From assembly GCA_001784175.1 (NCBI GenBank), contig MFPR01000019.1, positions 1-64,000 on the forward strand: a DNA stretch of 64,000 bases, given 5' to 3'. This stretch comes from Candidatus Lindowbacteria bacterium RIFCSPLOWO2_12_FULL_62_27 (GTDB taxonomy: Bacteria; Lindowbacteria; 2-12-FULL-62-27). The notes under the pieces are model-generated. The model was not told the DNA's origin. It was given only the letters and a program-made list of their open reading frames with translations, and did not search any database. The translations under genes and the position numbers were made by a program. Below are positions 15,301 to 21,603 of this stretch, piece by piece (within the stretch, counting starts at the first letter, position 1; each line of letters starts with the position of its first letter).

Positions 15301-18300
15301 GTGGACACGGTGGACGGAACGCTCGAGCAGGATTCCTTGGCGTCCCTCCCCGACAACGACACCTACTACTGGCGTGTCCGGGCCATCGACTACCTCGGCA
15401 TCGTCGGGTCCTACTCGGCGGAAACCCGATGGTTCACGATCGACACCAACGTCAATCAGGTGAACCTGTCTCTGCCGGCGGACGGCCACGAGACGTCGGC
15501 CGCAAGCTTCCTGTTGAGCTGGACCGCCGTGATCGACAGCGTCGGCGTCGACAGCTACGCGGTGGAGGTGTCGAAGAACACGGCCTTCACGAACATCGCC
15601 TTCACGGACACGCTCGACGCCGCGCTCACGAACGACACGGTCACCGGCCTCTACAACGACACCTACTACTGGCGCGTCCGCGCGATCGACAACTTGGCCA
15701 ACGGCGGCGCCTACGCAGCCACTCGCGGGTTCGTCTCGGACACCCTGGTGGGCAAAGTATCGCTCGTGACGCCGGTCGAGGCCTTCGAAACGGCCTCCAT
15801 CGTGCTCGTGGTGACTTGGACCGGCCTCTCAGACAGCGTTGGCATTGACAGCTACGCCCTGGAGGTTTCCCGCAACTCGGCCTTCACGAATATGACAATC
15901 CAGGACACGATCGACGGCTCGCTCACCACCTTCACCTGCACCAACCTCATCGCGGACACGTACCACTGGCGTGTCCGTGCGGTCGACGATCTCGGTAACA
16001 ACGGCGCCTACTCCGATTCCCGCTACTTCATCACCGATACGTCGGTCCAGCCCGTCACCTTCCTCCTGCCGGCGGATGGCCACGAAACGAATGCGTCGCC
16101 CTTCACGCTGACGTGGGCGGCCAACTCGGACAGCTCGGGAATCGACTCGTACGCGGTCGAAGTCTCAAAGAATACGCTGTTCACGGACATCGTGTTTACC
16201 GACACCATCGACGGCAGTTTCACCACCGACACGATCTCCGGCCTCTACAACGACACCTACTACTGGCGCGTGCGGGCGATGGACAATTTCCAGAACCCCG
16301 GGCCCTTCGCGGCCATCTGGGGATTCATCATGGACACCAACGTCAATCAGATTTCAACCGTCCTGCCGGCCGCGGGCCACGAGACGACCGCGACCAGCGT
16401 CGTCATGAGCTGGACCGCAATCACGGACAGCGTCGGCGTCGACTCCTACGCCGTCGAGGTTTCAAAGAATTCGGCCTTCACCAACATGGTCTTCACGGAT
16501 ACCGTCGACGCCGCCCTCACGACCGACACCGTCACGGGCCTCTATAACGACACCTACTTCTGGCACGTCCGCGGCGTCGACGACCTCGGCAACACCGGCC
16601 TCTACTCGACCACGATCGGATTCGTCACCGACACCATCGTCGACTCCGTTACGCTCTCTCTGCCCGCCGACGGCCACGAGACCAGCGTGATCGACTTCCT
16701 GGTAAGCTGGATCAGCGCCGGCGCCGATTCGGTGGGCTTCGACTCCTTCGCGCTGGAGGTTTCAAAGAGCACCGCCTTCACCTCCGTCGTCTTCACCGAC
16801 ACGCTGGACGGCGCATTCACGAGCGACACGGTGACCGGCCTCTACAACGATACGTACTACTGGCGAATGCGCGGCGTCGACGATCTGGCCAATGCCGGCC
16901 CCTACTCCGCCATCCGGGGCTTCGTGACCGACACGATCGTCGCCCAGGTCAGCGCAAGCCAGCCGGCCGACGCGCATGAAACGAGCGCCATCAACTTCCT
17001 GGTGAGCTGGACCGCAGTGACGGACAGCGTCGGCGTGGACAGCTACGCGGTCGAAGTGTCCAAGAATTCGGACTTCACGAACATCGCCTTCACCGACACC
17101 GTCGATCAGGCCAACACGTCCGACACGGTCACCGGCCTCTACAACGACACGCACTTCTGGCGCGTCCGGGCGATCGACGACCTCGGCAACGGCGGCGCCT
17201 TCTCGACCACGCGCGGCTTCGTGACCGACACGATCGTGAACCAGGTGTCCGCGAGCCAGCCGGCGGACGGCCATGAGACGACGGCCATCAGCCTCGTTGT
17301 GAGCTGGAGCGCCATCTCGGACAGCGTGGGCGTGGACAGCTACGCGCTGGAGGTGTCGACGAACGCGACGTTCACCGCCCTCGCGTTCACCGACACCGTC
17401 GACCAGGCGATCCTCAGTGACACGGTGACCGGCCTCTATAACGATACATACTACTGGCGCGTCCGGGCGATCGACGACCTCGCGAACGGCGGCGCTTATT
17501 CGACCACCCGCGGCTTCGTCACCGACACGCTGATCGCCCAAGTCAGCCTGTCCCAGCCGGCGGACGCGCACGAAACGAGCGCGGTCAATTTCCTCGTGAG
17601 CTGGCAGACACTGTCCGACAGCGTCGGCATCGACAGCTACGCGCTGGAAGTCTCGAAGAACACCGCGTTCACCAACATCGCCTTCACCGATACGGTCGAC
17701 GGCGCCCTGACGTCCGACACGGTGACCGGCCTCTACAACGACACCTACTACTGGCGCGTCCGCGCGATCGACGATCTGGCCAACGCCGGCGCGTTTTCCT
17801 CCACCCGCGGCTTCGTCGCCGACACGATCGTCGCCCAGGTGAGCGCGAGCCTCCCGGCCGACGCGCATGAAACGAACGCCATCAACTTCCTGGTGAGCTG
17901 GAGCGCCGTGACGGACAGCGTGGGCGTCGACTCCTACGCGGTGGAGGCGTCGAAGAACACAGCCTTCACGAACATCGCCTTCACCGACACGGTCGACCAG
18001 GCCAACACGTCCGACACGGTCACCGGTCTTTACAATGACACGTACTACTGGCGCGTCCGCGCGATCGACGATCTGGCCAACGCCGGAACTTATTCCTCCA
18101 CCCGCGGCTTCGTTACCGACACCCTCGTCGACACCCTGACGCTGTCCCTGCCGGCCGACGCGCACGAAACCTCGGCGATCAACCTCGTCGTGAGCTGGAG
18201 CGCCGGCGCCGACAGCGTGGGCGTCGACAGCTACGCGGTCGAGGTGTCAAAGAACTCGGCCTTCACGAACATCGCCTTCACCGACACCGTCGATCAGGCC

Positions 18301-21300
18301 AACACGTCCGACACCGTCACCGGCCTCTACAATGACACGTACTACTGGCGCGTCCGCGCGATCGACGACCTCGCCAACGGCGGCGCATTCTCGACCGCAC
18401 GCGGCTTCGTCACTGACACCATCGTCAATCAGGTGTCCCTGAGCCTGCCGGCGGACGGCCACGAGACGACCTCGAACAGCGTCGTCGTGAGTTGGAGCGC
18501 CAACGCCGACAGCGTCGGGATCGACTCCTACGCTGTCGAGGTTTCCCTCAGCACGGCCTTTACCTCGATGGCCTTCACCGACACGGTGGATCAGGCGCTC
18601 ACGAGCGACACGGTGACCGGCCTGTACAACGACACCTACTACTGGCGCGTCCGCGCGATCGACGACCTCGCCAACGGCGGCGCCTATTCGTCCACGCGGG
18701 GATTCGTCACCGACACCCTCGTCAACGCCGTGGCGCTGTCCCTGCCGGCCGACGGCCACGAAACGAGCGCGGCGAACTTCCTGGCGAGCTGGAGCATGAA
18801 CGCGGACAGTTCCGGCATCGATTCGTACGCCGTCGAAGTCTCGAAGAACACCGCCTTTACCTCCATCGCCTTCACCGACACCATCGATGGCGGCCAGACA
18901 AGCGACACGCTGACGGGCCTGTACAACGACACGTATTACTGGCGCGTCCGGGCCATCGACAACCGCGGTAATTTCGGCGTCTACGCCACGACGCGCGGGT
19001 TCGTCCACGACTCGAACGTCAACAAAGTCTCGCTGTCCGGCCCGTCCACGGGATCGTCCACGAACGACTCCCGGCTGACGCTCGCATGGAGCGCGATCAC
19101 CGACACCGTGGGTGTCGATTCCTACGTCCTTGAACTCTCAAAGTCCCCGGATTTCTCGTCGATCTTCTCGACCGACACCTTCGACGCGACCGTTACCTCG
19201 GACTCGAGCGAAACCGGCCTGATCTCGGACACCTACTACTGGCGCGTCCGGGCCGTCGATTACCTGCGGAACGCCGGCCTGAACTCCGACACATTCCAGT
19301 TCCTGATCGACACAACGCCCATCACGACCACCATCGTCTCGCCGGCCGACGCCCATGAAACCAGCGCGCGCCGGCCGGTCTTCCTCTGGACCTCCAACGC
19401 CGAAACCTTCACGCTCCAGATCGCCCGCGATTCGGCCTTTACCAACATCTTCTCCTCCACGACGGCCGTGAACGTCAGCGTCCTTCAGCCCGATACCAAT
19501 CTCACGATCGAGGACACCCATTACTGGCGTCTCATCAGCCGCAACCGCGCCGGCACCTTCGATACGACCAGCGCCCGCGGATTCCTGCTCGACACCACCG
19601 TCCGGCAGGTCACCCTCGTCGCGCCGGTCTACGACACCATCACGCCGGACACCACGCCCACGTTCTACTGGAGCGCCATCGCCGACAGCGTCGGCATCGA
19701 CTCCTACGTGCTCGAAATTTCCAGCGCCGACACGTTCGGCCCCATCGTCTATGTCGACACGGTCGACGGGACCGTCACCGTCGACACCGTTACGCCCGGC
19801 CTTGTCGCCGACACCTACTGGTGGCGCATCCGGGCCATCGACGATCTGGGCAACATCGGCCCCAACTCCGACAGCCGCACCATCGGCATTGACACCGGGT
19901 CGCCCTTCCAGGCCGTCGGGTCGGTCAACATCATCAGCGGCAACCACCAGCTCGCCGAAGTTCAGCAGACCCTGACCCTCCCGTTCCGCGTCCGTGTCCT
20001 CGACACGACCGTCCTGACCCTGCCGGTGCCCAACTCGCCGGTCCGGTTCGTGATCTCGCGGCCCAGCGGCGGCGACGGCTATTTCGGGATTGCGGGGATC
20101 ACCTCCAAGACCGCCTTCACCGATTCGGACGGGTACGCCTCCGAGACGCTGACGCTCGGAACCAAAGGCGGCGTGTATGAAATCCAGGCCATCTCCGACT
20201 CCCGGCCCAGCCTCTACGCCATCTTCCTCGCCTATGCCGACGGTATCGAGATCACCGCAAGCAAATGGAGGATGATCAGCCCCAACAAGGTCACGCTGAG
20301 CGCCACGACGGTGGATGCGTCCATCAAGGACGATCTCTCCGACGCGCTCGTCTATTGGTGGAATGAGAGCACGACGGAAGATCCCACGTTCTCGAAATAC
20401 GTCAAGCCCACGACCATCAGCCGCGGGACCGGATACTGGGTGTACAGCAAGACCGGCGGCAAGCTCGTGACGCAGGGAACCGCCGGATTCGACACCCTCA
20501 CCTACGCGCTCACCACGGCGTGGAACATGATCGGCACCGGGCATTACTTCTTCGTCGACTGGGATTCCAGTGTCCGCTTCCAGACCGCCACGTCCGGCGC
20601 CCTGACGCCCACGGAGGCGGCGAGCGCGGGCCTCATCGAAAACGCCGTCTACTGGTACAATGGCAACGGCTACAGTTGGGGCCCGGACGCCCGGACGACC
20701 ACGCTGACCCGCATCCAGCTCAAGCCGATGGTCGGATTTGCTCTCTATGTATTGCAATCCTGCTCTATGGTGATCTATCCCAACCCGGCCACGCCGCTGG
20801 ACACGTCCACCGAAATCTACGACCAGTCGCCGAAATTCAACGCCGCCCTCTACCAGGATCCCTCCGAGCAGGACTGGGCCGTCCGGGTCGTCGCTCATCG
20901 CGGCGCGATTCAGGACGTGCAGAACTACATCGGTGTGAAGGCCACGCCGGACGAAGCCCGCCTCTCCGCCCGGCGCGAGCCGCCGCCCGTCGCGCTCGAG
21001 TACCTCAGCGTCGCCTTCGAAGACGCCCAGGGCGTCCAGCGGTCCGCCAGTTTCGTCGATCCGATCACGACCGCGAACGTCTGGACCGTCAAGCTCGCCA
21101 CCGACCTCCAGGGGCCGGTGCTCGTGTCGTTTGACGGCGTGGCCGGCGTTCCGAAAAAATACGACGCCTACCTGGTCGGCGGCCCGCAGGGCCCGATGAA
21201 CCTGCGCGAGCAGACCACGGTCCTCATGTCCGACGTCGGCACCCTGCGCGCGCCCAGCCAGTACAGCGTCATTGTCGGCCTGCCGGAATTTCTGCTGCCG

Positions 21301-21603
21301 TACCTGTCGGCGCCGCTGGCCAAGGATCAGTCCTTCGTCTATCCCAATCCCGGCCCGGATCCCAACACGGGGTTCATGACCTTCAAGTACAACCTCGGCG
21401 CCGCCGCTCCGGTCACCATCCGCATCTTCGACGTCGCCGGCCGCCTCGTGAAACAGGTCGAGGCCCTGGGCATGCCGGGATCCAACAAGACCGTCTGGGA
21501 CACGACCGACCGCTTCGGGCAGCGGGTCGGATCGGGCGTGTATATTTACATGATTAACTCGAGCGGAACCAAACTCGTTGATAAACTGGCCATCGTGAGG
21601 TGA
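1..21603 (+). CDS. Giant repetitive secreted/surface protein (5'-partial, >7200 aa): ~21 Fn3-like 99-aa repeats, ~22 Ig-like ~135-aa repeats, ~16 more Fn3-like repeats, an Ig-like region and a C-terminal FlgD-Ig/T9SS-CTD-like domain
   Basis: Open frame from base 1 to TGA 21603. Repeat A: PADGHETT..VSW..DSVGVDSYAVEVS..GLYNDTYYWRVRAIDD. Repeat B: YED..D.VDTYLTRD..DTDENRNPQ..LTESGETTG.F.S..SWG.SDTL. C-terminus: VYPNP..FKYNL..IRIFDVAGRLVK..VWDTTDRFGQRVGSGVYIY..KLAIVR. Confidence 0.93.
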   Translation: MRAIDDLANGGSYSTTRGFVTDTLVNQVSLSQPSDGHETTAIDFQVSWSANADSVGVDSYAVEVSKNTGFTNIAFTDTVDQAFTADTVTGLYNDTYYWRVRAIDDLANGGSYSATRGLVTDTIVNAPTLSQPADGHETSVIDLLVSWSLSDSVGIDSFAIEVSKNAGFTNITFTDTIDGATGLTSDTMTGLYNDTYYWRVRGVDDLANGGSFASARGFVTDTIVNQVSASLPADAHETTAINFQVSWSAVSDSVGVDSYAVEVSKNTSFTNIAFTDTVDQAFTADTVTGLYNDTYYWRVRAIDDLANGGSYSTTRGFVTDTIVNQVSPSQPADGHETTAIDFQVSWSAVSDSVGVDSYAVEVSKNTSFTNITFTDTIDQAFTADTVTGLYNDTYYWRVRAIDDLANGGSYSATRGFVTDTIVNQASLSQPADGHETTAIDFQVSWSANADSVGVDSYAVEVSKNTSFTNIAFTDTVDQANTSDTVTGLYNDTYYWRVRATDDLGNGGSFSATRGFVTDTIVNQVSASLPADGHETTAIDFQVSWSAVSDSVGVDSYAVEVSKNTSFTNITFTDTVDQAFTADTVTGLYNDTYYWRVRAMDDLANGGSFSATRGFITDTIVSQVSLSQPADGHETTAIDFLASWSAVGVDSVGIDSYAVEVAKSTGFTNITFTDTVDGTRSDDTVTGLYNDTYFWRMRAIDDLGNSGQYSSTRGFVTDTLVNQVSASLPADAHETTAIDFQVSWTAVSDSVGVDSYAVEVSKNTSFTNIAFTDTVDQANTSDTVTGLYNDTYYWRVRAIDDLANGGSYSTARGFVTDTIVNQVSLGLPADGHETTAIDFQVSWSANADSVGVDSYAVEVSKNTGFTNITFTDTIDQAFTADTVTGLYNDTYYWRVRAIDDLANGGSYSTTRGFVTDTLVNQTSLSQPADGHETNVIDFLVSWQTTADSVGVDSYAMEVSKNTAFTTIAFTDTVRGALTGDTVTGLYNDTYYWRARVIDDLSNSGQYSATRGFVTDTIVNQVSLSQPADAHETTAIDFQVSWTAVSDSVGVDSYAVEVSKNPGFTSIAFTDTVDQAFTADTVTGLYNDTYYWRVRAIDDLGNGGSYASTRGFVTDTIVNQVSLSQPADGHETTAIDFQVSWSANADSVGVDSYAVEVSKNTSFTNITFTDTVDQAFTADTVTGLYNDTYYWRVRAIDDLANGGSYSAARGFVADTIVNQASLSQPADGHETNVIDFQVSWSANADSVGVDSYAVEVSKNTAFTSIAFTDTVDGALTADTVTGLYNDTYYWRVRAIDDLANGGSYASTRGFVTDTIVNQVSLSQPADAHETTAIGFQVSWSAVSDSVGVDSYAVEVSKNTAFTNIAFTDTVDQANTLDTVTGLYNDTYYWRVRAIDDLGNGGSYASTRGFVTDTIVNQASLSLPADGHETTAIDFQVSWSANADSVGVDSYAVEVSKNTSFTNIAFTDTVDQAFTADTVTGLYNDTYYWRVRAIDDLANGGSYSATRGFVTDTIVNQTSLSQPADGHETNVIDFQVSWIANADSVGVDSYAVEVSKSTAFTAIAFTDTVDQANTADTVTGLYNDTYYWRVRAIDDLGNGGPYASTRGFVADTIVNQVSASQPADAHETTAIDFQVSWSAVSDSVGVDSYAVEVSKNTSFTNVTFTDTVDQANTLDTVTGLYNDTYYWRVRAIDDLGNGGAFSTTRGFLTDTIVSQVTLSQPADGHETNVINFLVSWAAVGTDSVGIDSYAVEVSKSTAFTSIIFSDTVDGLRSDDTVTSLYNDTYFWRMRALDDLGNSGQYSSSRGFVTDTIVNQVSLSQPADGHETTAIDFQVSWSAVSDSIGVDSYAVEVSKNTSFTNITFTDTIDQAFTADTVTGLYNDTYYWRVRAIDDLANGGSYSATRGFVTDTRVNQASLSQPADGHETTAINILVSWSAVSDSVGVDSYAVEVSKNTAFTNITFTDTLDQANTSDTVTGLYNDTYYWRLRAIDDLANGGSYSATRGFVTDTLVNQVTVSLPADGHETTNLKPVARWSAVSDSVSVDSYVVEVSKLLTFETTVLVDTVDGALTQDTLSTLPDPDTYYWRVRAIDDLANKGPYSDTRGFALVTPATLLIFEDATFTDVVDTLLTRDLIFVEVSDTDESRNESAVETVTVTAYVADDAAGLVIDTQTLILTETSNSSGIFRSGAILVTDTVIPALSDGILSWGRSDTLHVTYTDANCSVDSSYDTALALEIATSARVIFYEDTAYGDEVDTYLTRDLMYVAVHDTDENRNPQSLDTVQATVYVGNGYAEGTGSAGVSAQGLVLDTQTLVLTESGKATGVFQSDTITLTDTEVPVTENGRLSWGRQDTAQVTYTDVTGTSETSTDTALALEITTTLAIQLFENQALTDDVDTYQTRDLLFVMVSDTDENRNPQMKDTVSVIVYVGNGTAGNGAAGLVIDTETLTLTESAETSAIFQSDTVVTTDTKVPTVNDGVLSWGLSDTMHLVYTDVTGTSETGNDTALALEIKTTAAVQFYEDAAYTDDVDTFQVRNDVVYVVVYDTDENKNPQSPAETVTVTVYVGDASCEAGTAIGLVLDTETLVLTESGETTGIFRSAAIAIVDTEFPLVAANGRLAAGLNDTIHVTYTDSNDATDARSDTALLVDAATASVTQIFEEAGFTDEVDTLLSRDVMFVQVTDTDENCDPQDRDTVQVTVFVGNGYAEGSSAQGLVIDTETLTLTETGETSGVFRSDTIVVTDTKAPVVNDGVVSWGRNDTLTVRYGDKNGSDTTTDTALALEIATAARAVLYEDAAFGDEVDTYQTRDVLYVAVHDTDENRNPQSKDTVSVTVYIGNGSVEGSDTQALVLDTQTLVLTESGETTGVFQSAAIALTDTEKPAVENGMVSWGRSDTLHIVYTDVTGTSETTTDTALALEIAATARVIFYEDAAYGDEVDTYQTRDIMYVAVHDTDENRNPQYKDTVQATVYVGNGYAEGSYAQGLVLDTQTLVLTESGETTGVFQSAAIALTDTEVPVTENTRLSWGRSDTMHATYTDVTGTSETTNDTALALEIATASVVQLYEDSDYTDAVDTYLVRNDAMFIWLADTDENRNPQMIDTVSVTIYAGDDASALVTDTEIIVMTETTETSGIFRFSGLTVADTGVSTSQNGSLNWGTSDTAHVSYTDVTGGTSDAASDTALSIAVPTQSVVQVYEDALYTDDVDTYLTRDILYVALYDTDENQNPQSVETVTVTVYVGNGYTEGSTAQGLIIDTETLTLTEATDTPGVFRSGAVVLTDTTKPVVSDGVVSWGRADTLTVKYLDNDDATDTSADTALAIEIASTVALQLFEDNGYADGVDTYLTRDVMHLWAQDTDENRNPSLKDTIAVTVYVGNGAAEGASAAGLVLDTEVLTLTETTETSSIFVSDTVNLTDTKLPGVSDGVISWGRSDTLHVTYTDVTGTSESANDTALAIESATSARAIFYEDPAYGDEVDTYLTRDVMYVAVHDTDENRNPQLKDTVQVTVYAGNGYAEGGYAQGLVLDTQTLVLTESGETTGIFWSDTVVLTDTLTPAVENNRLSWGRQDTLFVTYTDVTGTSETANDTALALEIATTARAVLYEDGAYGDEVDTYLTRDVMYVAVHDTDENRNPQFKDTVQVTVYVGNGYAEGSYAQGLVLDTQTLVLTESGETTGVFWSDTLVLTDTRTPAVEDNRLSWGRSDTLQVAYSDVTGSSESATDTALALEIASALTLQIYENEGNTDDVDTYLTRDVMHVWVMDTDENRNPQMRDTVQVTVYVGNSYSEGGYAQGLVLDTDAITLTESSETSGIFRSDTVNLTDTKWPVVNDGVVSWGRADTLHVLYSDVTGTSESGNDTALALEIATTARAVLYEDAAYGDEVDTYFTRDFLYVAVHDTDENRNPQAKDTVQVVVYIGNGTAEGTASSGIEAAALVIDTQTLVLTESGETTGIFQSGAIPLTDTEKPVVENSRLSWGRSDTLHLVYTDVTGTSETTNDTALALETGTAMTIQLYEDANFTDDVDTYLKRDVMYIQVQDTDENRNPQVKDTVSAIVRVGNDTDGSFIDTETIVLTETSETSGIFRSAAINLTDTTSPVVGDGVVSWGLSDTTHVVYVDASDGADQGFDTALAIDIPTPSRVLFYEDAGYGDEVDTFYTRDFLYLAVHDTDENRSPQGVDTVTVTMVVGNDRDGLVLDTETLILTESGSTTGIFRSDTINLTDTKVPAVNDGIVSWGVSDTLFVKYTDANDASDSATDTALALEIASAVSMQLYENHGNTDDVDTYLTRDVMHVWLMDTDENRNPQSRDTVTVTVHVGNGVAEGGAGQGLVIDTETLTMTETAETSGIFVSDTVNLTDTKVPAANDGVVSWGRSDTLQVVYTDVSGTSESANDTALAIEIPSTAALQLFDDLALTDPVDTYLTIDAMYVMVQDTDENRNPELRDTVYVTAYIGNGSSVGGGAALVLDTMTIVLTESAETSGLFRSDTLTLTNVVVPSTSDSVLSWGEIDTLHVVYVDALGTSESAGDTALAIEDPKTSTVEIYEELTFTDVVDTLFTRDVLFIQVTDTDENRNPQSTDTVSVTIYVGNGYAEGASAQGLVLDTATWVLTEVSTAASTFRSDTIPLSDTVVPSASDGFLSWGRADTLHVTYTDATAATDASYDTALALEIAQTARVILYEDSAFSDDVDTYLTRDLMFVAVHDTDENRNPQQKDTVSVTVYVGNNYEGLVLDTETLVLTESGETTGVFLSDTVTLTDTEQPSAENSRISWGRSDTLYAGYTDVTGTSETATDTALALEIASTAALQLFEDANYTDDVDTYLTRDAMYVWMMDTDENRNPQSKDTVTVTVYVANATYGGGAAALVIDTETLTLTESGETTAIFRSGSLTVTDTKVPSVNDGVLSWGASDTLHVAYTDATGTSEERSDTALAVEIATAAAVYFYEDSGYTDIVDTYLMRNDLAYLVVYDTDENRNPQAIETVTVTVHVGDTTGLVRDTETFVLTESGETTGIFRSVAVNLVDSDATSPASNGRLEVRKADTLHMAYTDSNAGTDIAYDTALVKWVTNVTLVSPANGHETTNAKPVVRWSGDADSVLVDSFVVEVSKVSTFASTVLVDTVDGTLEQDSLASLPDNDTYYWRVRAIDYLGIVGSYSAETRWFTIDTNVNQVNLSLPADGHETSAASFLLSWTAVIDSVGVDSYAVEVSKNTAFTNIAFTDTLDAALTNDTVTGLYNDTYYWRVRAIDNLANGGAYAATRGFVSDTLVGKVSLVTPVEAFETASIVLVVTWTGLSDSVGIDSYALEVSRNSAFTNMTIQDTIDGSLTTFTCTNLIADTYHWRVRAVDDLGNNGAYSDSRYFITDTSVQPVTFLLPADGHETNASPFTLTWAANSDSSGIDSYAVEVSKNTLFTDIVFTDTIDGSFTTDTISGLYNDTYYWRVRAMDNFQNPGPFAAIWGFIMDTNVNQISTVLPAAGHETTATSVVMSWTAITDSVGVDSYAVEVSKNSAFTNMVFTDTVDAALTTDTVTGLYNDTYFWHVRGVDDLGNTGLYSTTIGFVTDTIVDSVTLSLPADGHETSVIDFLVSWISAGADSVGFDSFALEVSKSTAFTSVVFTDTLDGAFTSDTVTGLYNDTYYWRMRGVDDLANAGPYSAIRGFVTDTIVAQVSASQPADAHETSAINFLVSWTAVTDSVGVDSYAVEVSKNSDFTNIAFTDTVDQANTSDTVTGLYNDTHFWRVRAIDDLGNGGAFSTTRGFVTDTIVNQVSASQPADGHETTAISLVVSWSAISDSVGVDSYALEVSTNATFTALAFTDTVDQAILSDTVTGLYNDTYYWRVRAIDDLANGGAYSTTRGFVTDTLIAQVSLSQPADAHETSAVNFLVSWQTLSDSVGIDSYALEVSKNTAFTNIAFTDTVDGALTSDTVTGLYNDTYYWRVRAIDDLANAGAFSSTRGFVADTIVAQVSASLPADAHETNAINFLVSWSAVTDSVGVDSYAVEASKNTAFTNIAFTDTVDQANTSDTVTGLYNDTYYWRVRAIDDLANAGTYSSTRGFVTDTLVDTLTLSLPADAHETSAINLVVSWSAGADSVGVDSYAVEVSKNSAFTNIAFTDTVDQANTSDTVTGLYNDTYYWRVRAIDDLANGGAFSTARGFVTDTIVNQVSLSLPADGHETTSNSVVVSWSANADSVGIDSYAVEVSLSTAFTSMAFTDTVDQALTSDTVTGLYNDTYYWRVRAIDDLANGGAYSSTRGFVTDTLVNAVALSLPADGHETSAANFLASWSMNADSSGIDSYAVEVSKNTAFTSIAFTDTIDGGQTSDTLTGLYNDTYYWRVRAIDNRGNFGVYATTRGFVHDSNVNKVSLSGPSTGSSTNDSRLTLAWSAITDTVGVDSYVLELSKSPDFSSIFSTDTFDATVTSDSSETGLISDTYYWRVRAVDYLRNAGLNSDTFQFLIDTTPITTTIVSPADAHETSARRPVFLWTSNAETFTLQIARDSAFTNIFSSTTAVNVSVLQPDTNLTIEDTHYWRLISRNRAGTFDTTSARGFLLDTTVRQVTLVAPVYDTITPDTTPTFYWSAIADSVGIDSYVLEISSADTFGPIVYVDTVDGTVTVDTVTPGLVADTYWWRIRAIDDLGNIGPNSDSRTIGIDTGSPFQAVGSVNIISGNHQLAEVQQTLTLPFRVRVLDTTVLTLPVPNSPVRFVISRPSGGDGYFGIAGITSKTAFTDSDGYASETLTLGTKGGVYEIQAISDSRPSLYAIFLAYADGIEITASKWRMISPNKVTLSATTVDASIKDDLSDALVYWWNESTTEDPTFSKYVKPTTISRGTGYWVYSKTGGKLVTQGTAGFDTLTYALTTAWNMIGTGHYFFVDWDSSVRFQTATSGALTPTEAASAGLIENAVYWYNGNGYSWGPDARTTTLTRIQLKPMVGFALYVLQSCSMVIYPNPATPLDTSTEIYDQSPKFNAALYQDPSEQDWAVRVVAHRGAIQDVQNYIGVKATPDEARLSARREPPPVALEYLSVAFEDAQGVQRSASFVDPITTANVWTVKLATDLQGPVLVSFDGVAGVPKKYDAYLVGGPQGPMNLREQTTVLMSDVGTLRAPSQYSVIVGLPEFLLPYLSAPLAKDQSFVYPNPGPDPNTGFMTFKYNLGAAAPVTIRIFDVAGRLVKQVEALGMPGSNKTVWDTTDRFGQRVGSGVYIYMINSSGTKLVDKLAIVR
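6320..15150 (+). repeat. Tandem coding repeat B (~387-420 bp period), ~22 copies
   Basis: DTDEN(R)NPQ motif recurs from ~6409 to ~14860. Confidence 0.9.
15150..19890 (+). repeat. Second block of repeat A, ~16 more diverged copies
   Basis: HET..W..DS..YYWRVRA.D motif at ~300 bp spacing. Confidence 0.85.

Noticed and set aside
40-20898. Long minus-strand ORFs (e.g. 4339-10878, 2422-4275, 13453-15489)
   Set aside because: Antisense shadows of the GC-rich repetitive giant gene; R/V/H-rich with no recognisable motifs
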